Translations under genes and position numbers: made by a program
The notes under the pieces: generated by a model
Databases searched by the model: none
What the model was told of the DNA's origin: nothing
What the model saw: the letters and a program-made list of their open reading frames with translations, nothing else
From: Vibrio vulnificus CMCP6
GTDB taxonomy: Bacteria > Pseudomonadota > Gammaproteobacteria > Enterobacterales > Vibrionaceae
Assembly: GCF_000039765.1 (NCBI RefSeq)
Contig: NC_004459.3
Location: 1,770,001 to 1,802,000, forward strand
Length of the DNA: 32,000 nucleotides
Reading direction: 5' to 3'
Shown: one piece after another, positions 27,104 through 32,000 of the stretch
Layout: each line of letters opens with the position of its first letter
Position numbering within the stretch: position 1 is the first letter of the stretch

Positions 27104-28441
27104 TCAAAGTGGCAGTGCCAAAATTTTTGAACGACGCTGATAGTTGTACAAACTTTTCTTCGCCATTGGCAGTGAGTCGACGCCAATTTCGTAGAAACCT
27201 TGCTCTCTAAACCAATGAACGCTGTGCGTGGTGAGAACAAAAATTTGCTCAATGCCGATGGATTTCGACCGATGCTTCATGTAATTGAGCAGCAACAGGC
27301 CACGGTTACCATCGCGATAATCAGGATGAATGGCCACACACGCCATCTCCGCCATATGCTCATCGATATAAGGGTACAAGGCGGCGCAGCCAATGATCAG
27401 GCCATCTTTCTCAATGATGGTAAAGCGTTCAACCTCTTGCTCAAGTTGCTCGCGAGAGCGCCTTACTAGAATGCCTTGCTCTTCCAGAGGGCGAATCAGT
27501 TCAAGAATGCCGCCAATATCATCAATGCAAGCCTGACGAACTTGCTCAGCACTGGCCATGACCACTTGTGTGCCGATACCGTCAAATGAAAACAGTTCTT
27601 GGATTAAAGCCCCATCAATTTTGTAACTGATTAAATGGCTACGGGGAACGCCAGCGCGGCAAGCTGCCACTGCCCCTTTGAGAAAACGCAGTGTGCCGGA
27701 ATGGAAGTCACTATCGGGATCGACATCGACCGAGAGCTTTTGAATGAATTTCTCCGCATCGCTTGGAAACAACTCGGCGACGGCATTGCCCTCTTCATCA
27801 ATCACGCCTTGCTCAGAACAAAAGCCAATCAGTTTGTCGGCTTTAAGTTTGATCGCCACTTGTGTTGCTACTTCTTCAGAAAGCAAGTTAAAGCATTCAC
27901 CAGTCACCGAACTGGCAATCGGCCCCAGCAGTACGATGGAACCTTGATCCAAGGAGCGATTGATGGCCTCGGTATCAATGCGACGAATGCGACCACTGTG
28001 GCAGTAATCGACACCTTCATCTATACCTAATGGTTGAGCGATGACAAAATTTCCACTGACCACATTGAGGTGCGTTCCGGCCATCGGCGTATTATTCAAG
28101 CTCATGGAGAGGCTGGCTGTGATCGCCAATTGCAACTGTCCAGCAGCTTGCATAACTATCGAAAGTGAGTTTTCGTCAGTCACACGAATGTGTTTGTGAT
28201 AAGGGGTTTGGCTTGATTGCTTGTCAAGTAATTGATTGATTTGCGGTCTGGCACCATAGACCAGAACCACTTTAACGCCAAGGCTGTGCATTAGAGCTAT
28301 ATCATTAATAATATTGCTGAAGTTTTTGTCAGCGATCGCTTCACCACCAAGGAGAATAACCATGGTTTTGCCGCGGTGCGCGTTGACGTACGGAGTGGAT
28401 TGTCTGAAACCTTTAACTAATGCCGTGCTGCGAATTTTCAC
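27104..28441 (-). CDS. argA: N-acetylglutamate synthase (amino-acid N-acetyltransferase)
   Basis: 445 aa; amino-acid kinase domain ([30 protein letters not shown]) plus C-terminal GNAT domain; full-length ArgA-like. Confidence 0.97.
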   Translation of the reverse strand: MKIRSTALVKGFRQSTPYVNAHRGKTMVILLGGEAIADKNFSNIINDIALMHSLGVKVVLVYGARPQINQLLDKQSSQTPYHKHIRVTDENSLSIVMQAAGQLQLAITASLSMSLNNTPMAGTHLNVVSGNFVIAQPLGIDEGVDYCHSGRIRRIDTEAINRSLDQGSIVLLGPIASSVTGECFNLLSEEVATQVAIKLKADKLIGFCSEQGVIDEEGNAVAELFPSDAEKFIQKLSVDVDPDSDFHSGTLRFLKGAVAACRAGVPRSHLISYKIDGALIQELFSFDGIGTQVVMASAEQVRQACIDDIGGILELIRPLEEQGILVRRSREQLEQEVERFTIIEKDGLIIGCAALYPYIDEHMAEMACVAIHPDYRDGNRGLLLLNYMKHRSKSIGIEQIFVLTTHSVHWFREQGFYEIGVDSLPMAKKSLYNYQRRSKILALPL

Positions 28442-28585
28442 AATATGACTTCCTTGTGACTATTTATGCTGAAATATTGTCTTTTTATTCTCTTGTTGGC
28501 AAGCGGTTTTTTATTAATTTAACCACGTTTGATCTGAGTGAGTTGTTTGCTTTGACCAGCGGTGTAACATAGGCGGCTTGTAAAC

Positions 28586-29053
28586 ATGAACGAGAAAAAA
28601 ATGTCTTCTGCCAGTAAAAAGTCAACCGCCGTCAACGGACAGCTACTCACTGAAGAGCTACGTCGTAAAAAACGCAAATTATTAGAGCGAATCTTAATGG
28701 GCGTGGCCCTTATTGGAACCGTGATTGTGTTGTTGATGTATGGCGATTTGATTACTCGATTGATCAATCCACCAATGCCGAAAAGCATGATTTACGGCAA
28801 ATGGGTTGAGCAGGATGTGGCTCCCTATGCTCGTGAGGTGCTGATCCTCAATGAAAGTGGTGTCACCGTTAACGGTTCTTTGGTGACGACCAATTTTGAT
28901 TTTGATGGCAAGTATTTTGAGTATCGTGTCGGTGGTGAAACTCGTCGCTTTCGATTCATTGGTCAGCAGTACATCGAGATGAAGTTGGATAGTGACGCGC
29001 ACTACCTTCCCGTTTTTCAATTAGAAGGGAAGCAGAATCTCTCGCTGAGATAA
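28586..29053 (+). CDS. DUF2850-like membrane-anchored hypothetical protein
   Basis: 155 aa with one N-terminal TM and the YGKWVEQDVAPYAREVLILNESGVTVNG / MKLDSDAHYLPVFQLEG segments, recalled as a Vibrio-restricted family. Confidence 0.7.
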   Translation: MNEKKMSSASKKSTAVNGQLLTEELRRKKRKLLERILMGVALIGTVIVLLMYGDLITRLINPPMPKSMIYGKWVEQDVAPYAREVLILNESGVTVNGSLVTTNFDFDGKYFEYRVGGETRRFRFIGQQYIEMKLDSDAHYLPVFQLEGKQNLSLR

Positions 29054-29110
29054 GCAGTGATGCTGCTGCCAAATTGATGTTTTCTCATTCAATATTCGTC
29101 ATTTTTTTGT

Positions 29111-29137
29111 AAGGGACTGCAATCGCGTCCCTTTTTC
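29111..29137 (+). terminator. Rho-independent terminator downstream of the DUF2850-like gene
   Basis: aagggac-tgcaatcgc-gtccctt followed by TTTT. Confidence 0.8.
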
Positions 29138-29199
29138 ATTTGCACTTAAAATTCGACTTTGTCATGCTGCATCAAATTCTATTTGATGGGTAGTAACCA

Positions 29200-30303
29200 G
29201 TGATTAAAGCTTATTTTCCGCTCTTTGCATCGGTCTTGTTGTTTGGCTGTGCTCAGCCAACCGATCGTGCACAGCAGTATCTCGACAATGAATTCAGTGA
29301 TGTGCTCAATCGAGTCGATGTAGTGAGCTCGGACAAACCTCGCGACTTCACCGAATTTCAACGTCAATCTGAAGCGGTGATCAGCAATTCACCTAGTCTG
29401 GCCAACTTGTATCAACCGCTTTATGAGCGTTTAAATGAGTGGGTACTGCAAAGTGGTGACCCGAGCGAGCTCGGTGCTTATGGTATTGAAACTGCCCAGT
29501 TAGGTGGGGGAGATAAGCAAGGTAACGTCCTTTTTACTGGCTATTTTTCACCGGTAATGGAGCTGCGTCATCAAGCCGATGAGCGTTTCAAATACCCAGT
29601 TTACGCGAAACCCGATTGCAGTGAAGATTGCCCGACACGAGCTCAGATCTACGATGGGGCACTCGGTGGTTTAGGGCTCGAACTGGGCTACGCAGAGAAC
29701 ATGATTGACCCGTTTATCATGGAAGTGCAGGGCAGTGGTTTTGTCCATTTTGAAGATGACGACACGCTGGAATACTTCGCTTATGCGGGAAAAAATAACA
29801 AAGCCTATGTGAGCATTGGCCGCGTGTTGATTGAACGTGATCAAGTCGCAAGAGAGAAGATGTCGTTGAAAGCGATCAAAGACTGGGTGCTTGCAAACGA
29901 TGAGGCCACCGTTCAAGAGCTGCTCGAACAAAATCCCTCTTTTGTTTTCTTTGAGCCGAGAGCGGCGGCGCCTGTGACAGGTTCTGCAGGTATCCCGCTA
30001 TTACCTATGGCCTCTGTGGCGGGCGATCGCACAATTTTCCCAATGGGGACACCGATCTTGGCGGAAGTGCCTTTGCTGAATGCGGACGGTACTTGGAGTG
30101 GTGCGCATCAACTGCGTTTGTTGATCGTGCTCGATACCGGTGGCGCGGTAAAACAGAATCATCTCGACCTCTACCACGGAATGGGCCCACGAGCGGGCAC
30201 CGAAGCGGGCCATTACAAACACTTTGGCCGCGTGTGGAAATTGGGCTTGGAAAACTCTCCAACGCAAGCGCCTTGGGCTTTGCCACCAGAAAAGCTACAA
30301 TAG
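29200..30303 (+). CDS. mltA: membrane-bound lytic murein transglycosylase A
   Basis: 367-aa lipoprotein (lipobox LLFGCAQ) with MltA/3D-domain features (GNVLFTGYFSPVMELR, FIMEVQGSGFV, FFEPR, ILVVLDTGGAVKQNHLDLYHG-like LIVLDTGGAVKQNHLDLYHGMG). Confidence 0.95.
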   Translation: MIKAYFPLFASVLLFGCAQPTDRAQQYLDNEFSDVLNRVDVVSSDKPRDFTEFQRQSEAVISNSPSLANLYQPLYERLNEWVLQSGDPSELGAYGIETAQLGGGDKQGNVLFTGYFSPVMELRHQADERFKYPVYAKPDCSEDCPTRAQIYDGALGGLGLELGYAENMIDPFIMEVQGSGFVHFEDDDTLEYFAYAGKNNKAYVSIGRVLIERDQVAREKMSLKAIKDWVLANDEATVQELLEQNPSFVFFEPRAAAPVTGSAGIPLLPMASVAGDRTIFPMGTPILAEVPLLNADGTWSGAHQLRLLIVLDTGGAVKQNHLDLYHGMGPRAGTEAGHYKHFGRVWKLGLENSPTQAPWALPPEKLQ

Positions 30304-30330
30304 CGTTTCTCTATCTGGACATTTTGTTGA

Positions 30331-30360
30331 AGAGTGCGTATAAATCGCACTCTTTGTTTT
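30331..30360 (+). terminator. Rho-independent terminator downstream of mltA
   Basis: agagtgcg-tataaat-cgcactct followed by TTGTTTTT. Confidence 0.8.
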
Positions 30361-30384
30361 TCTGGCGACTTTGGAATCATCACT

Positions 30385-31194
30385 ATGCGCGAACTTGATA
30401 CTCCTGCTTCTGATAGCTACAACCAACGTTTTGGTGGTACGCGCCGTCTATACGGCAACAGCGAAGTCGAGATTCTTCGTGCAGCCCATGTCTGTGTGAT
30501 TGGTATTGGAGGTGTTGGCTCTTGGGCGGTAGAAGCCCTTGCCCGCACAGGTATCGGCGAACTGACGCTCATCGATATGGATGACGTGTGTGTGACCAAT
30601 ATTAACCGTCAAATTCATGCGATGACGGGAACAGTCGGCCAAAGCAAGATTGAAGTGATGGCAGAGCGCGTCAAACTCATTAATCCTGAGTGTAAAGTGA
30701 ATCTGATTGACGATTTCATCACACCTGACAATCAACACGAATACCTCAGCAAAGAGTTTGATTATGTACTAGATGCTATTGACAGCGTCAAAGCGAAAGC
30801 TTCTTTGCTGGCTTATTGTCGCAGTAACAAAATCAAAGTGATTACCGTTGGTGGTGCAGGGGGCCAAGTGGACCCGACACAAATCCAAGTGACGGATTTG
30901 ACCAAAACAATCCAAGATCCACTGGCGAAGAAGATCAAGGATACCTTGCGTCGCCATCATAACTTTCCAAAAAATCCCGCACGAAAGTTTGGCATTGACT
31001 GTGTCTTTTCCACTGAGCAGCTAAAATACCCGCAAGCGGATGGTTCCGTTTGTAACGTAAAATCAACGGCAGAAGGTCCAAAACGCATGGATTGTGCCAG
31101 CGGTTTTGGTGCCGCGACGGTAGTGACCGCGACCTTTGGTTTTGTCGCGGTGGCGCGTATCGTTGAAAAGCTGATCCAAAAGCATAAAAACTAA
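30385..31194 (+). CDS. tcdA: tRNA cyclic N6-threonylcarbamoyladenosine(37) synthase TcdA (CsdL), E1-like
   Basis: YNQRFGGTRRLYGNSEVEILRAAHVCVIGIGGVGSWAVEALARTGIGELTLIDMDDVCVTNINRQ; start at ATG 30385. Confidence 0.96.
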   Translation: MRELDTPASDSYNQRFGGTRRLYGNSEVEILRAAHVCVIGIGGVGSWAVEALARTGIGELTLIDMDDVCVTNINRQIHAMTGTVGQSKIEVMAERVKLINPECKVNLIDDFITPDNQHEYLSKEFDYVLDAIDSVKAKASLLAYCRSNKIKVITVGGAGGQVDPTQIQVTDLTKTIQDPLAKKIKDTLRRHHNFPKNPARKFGIDCVFSTEQLKYPQADGSVCNVKSTAEGPKRMDCASGFGAATVVTATFGFVAVARIVEKLIQKHKN

Positions 31195-31208
31195 CTGCCT
31201 CTAATACC

Positions 31209-31230
31209 AAGCGGCTTTCTGACGCCGCTT
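31209..31230 (+). terminator. hairpin between tcdA and csdE
   Basis: aagcggc-tttctgacg-ccgctt type stem with a poor U tract. Confidence 0.35.
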
Positions 31231-31274
31231 TATGTCATCATCACCTTTAATCCTTATTGTGTAGGAGCCTAGCC

Positions 31275-31703
31275 ATGTCGAATTTGCCAGCCTCGCCATT
31301 TGGTAACGAGATTACCAGTGCGGACATCGTCGCAACCATGCAGCAATTCAAAGGTTGGGAAGACCGCTATCGCCAGGTGATTCAATGGGGTAAAAAATTG
31401 CCAGTGATGCCTGATGAATTGAAATCTGAGCAGGTTATGGTTGCAGGTTGCGAAAGCCAAGTTTGGTTAGTGGCAGAACAAGACGACGGAATGTGGACAT
31501 TTTGTGCCGACTCAGACGCGAGAATCGTTCGTGGTTTAATTGCTTTAGTCTTAGCTGCCTACAACGGTAAAACGGCAGAGCAGATCCAAGCCTTTGATAT
31601 TGAAGCCTACTTTGAGCAGTTAGGCTTAATTGCCCACTTGAGTCCGTCACGCGGCAATGGCCTTAAAGCGATTGTTGAGCAGATTAAAAATATCGCGAGC
31701 TAG
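31275..31703 (+). CDS. csdE: SufE-like cysteine desulfurase sulfur acceptor CsdE
   Basis: SufE fold motifs: FKGWEDRYRQVIQWGKKLP, VAGCESQVWLV (acceptor Cys), LSPSRGNGLKAI. Confidence 0.92.
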   Translation: MSNLPASPFGNEITSADIVATMQQFKGWEDRYRQVIQWGKKLPVMPDELKSEQVMVAGCESQVWLVAEQDDGMWTFCADSDARIVRGLIALVLAAYNGKTAEQIQAFDIEAYFEQLGLIAHLSPSRGNGLKAIVEQIKNIAS

Positions 31704-31843
31704 TTTAAGTTGTTGAAGGCGTAGCGAGCATCTATGTCGGTTTTCGCACGCCTGAACTGCTCTGACAATTCTGATTTTCCCCTCATTTTCTATCTCTATT
31801 CGTTCTCATCACTTTCGCTTTTGTGACGGCTTTCATTTGGCCT

Positions 31844-31869
31844 GTCATTCCCGCCTGCGCGGGAATGAC
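31844..31869. repeat. REP-like palindromic repeat
   Basis: gtcattcccgc-ctgc-gcgggaatgac, perfect 11-bp inverted repeat in noncoding DNA, resembling widespread intergenic 'CATTCCCGC..GCGGGAATG' elements. Confidence 0.7.
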
Positions 31870-31918
31870 GGATATAGAAAATGGCGAAATTTCTTACAGC
31901 CCTCACTTTTGCTCGTCA

Positions 31919-31936
31919 TCCTCGCGAACGCGGGGA
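31919..31936. repeat. second short palindrome, possibly a REP-like partner
   Basis: tcctcgcg-aa-cgcgggga, 50 bp from the previous palindrome. Confidence 0.45.
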
Positions 31937-32000
31937 CCCATTTGTAAAAATATATCCACCGCTTTCTCTAACATAACAATCAAATTCTCTACGTATTCCA

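Noticed and set aside
28442-28585. ArgR boxes upstream of argA
   Set aside because: A few AT-rich near matches (e.g. around tgctgaaatattg), but none with a convincing TGAAT...ATTCA core.
1-32000. CRISPR array, prophage, toxin-antitoxin or defence island
   Set aside because: No regularly spaced repeats, integrase/transposase, tRNA-adjacent att site or recognisable toxin-antitoxin pair. RecBCD is housekeeping here.

Overview
The window looks like ordinary Vibrio-type chromosomal core DNA. I found no CRISPR array, tRNA, rRNA, IS element or prophage. Main content, left to right: a gamma-glutamylcyclotransferase-like gene; nnrS (with a C-terminal frameshift) behind a strong candidate NsrR site; a divergent pair made of a RimK/ATP-grasp ligase and a GNAT-peptidase C39 fusion; a ZntB/CorA-type transporter; the glycerol cluster glpD, glpR, glpK, glpF; dapD; SOS-regulated yebG with a consensus LexA box; a YeiE-like LysR regulator divergent from a TDT-family transporter; a YejM/PbgA-like sulfatase; recC, recB, recD; argA; a DUF2850-like protein; mltA; tcdA; csdE. 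The order recC-recB-recD-argA-mltA-tcdA-csdE follows the E. coli order but lacks ptrA and amiC. Best candidates for undescribed biology are the RimK-ligase / GNAT-C39 pair, the structured 5' leader of dapD, and the structured 0.3 kb recC-recB spacer with a 51-aa ORF at the position of E. coli ptrA. No convincing large new defence or biosynthetic system is visible.
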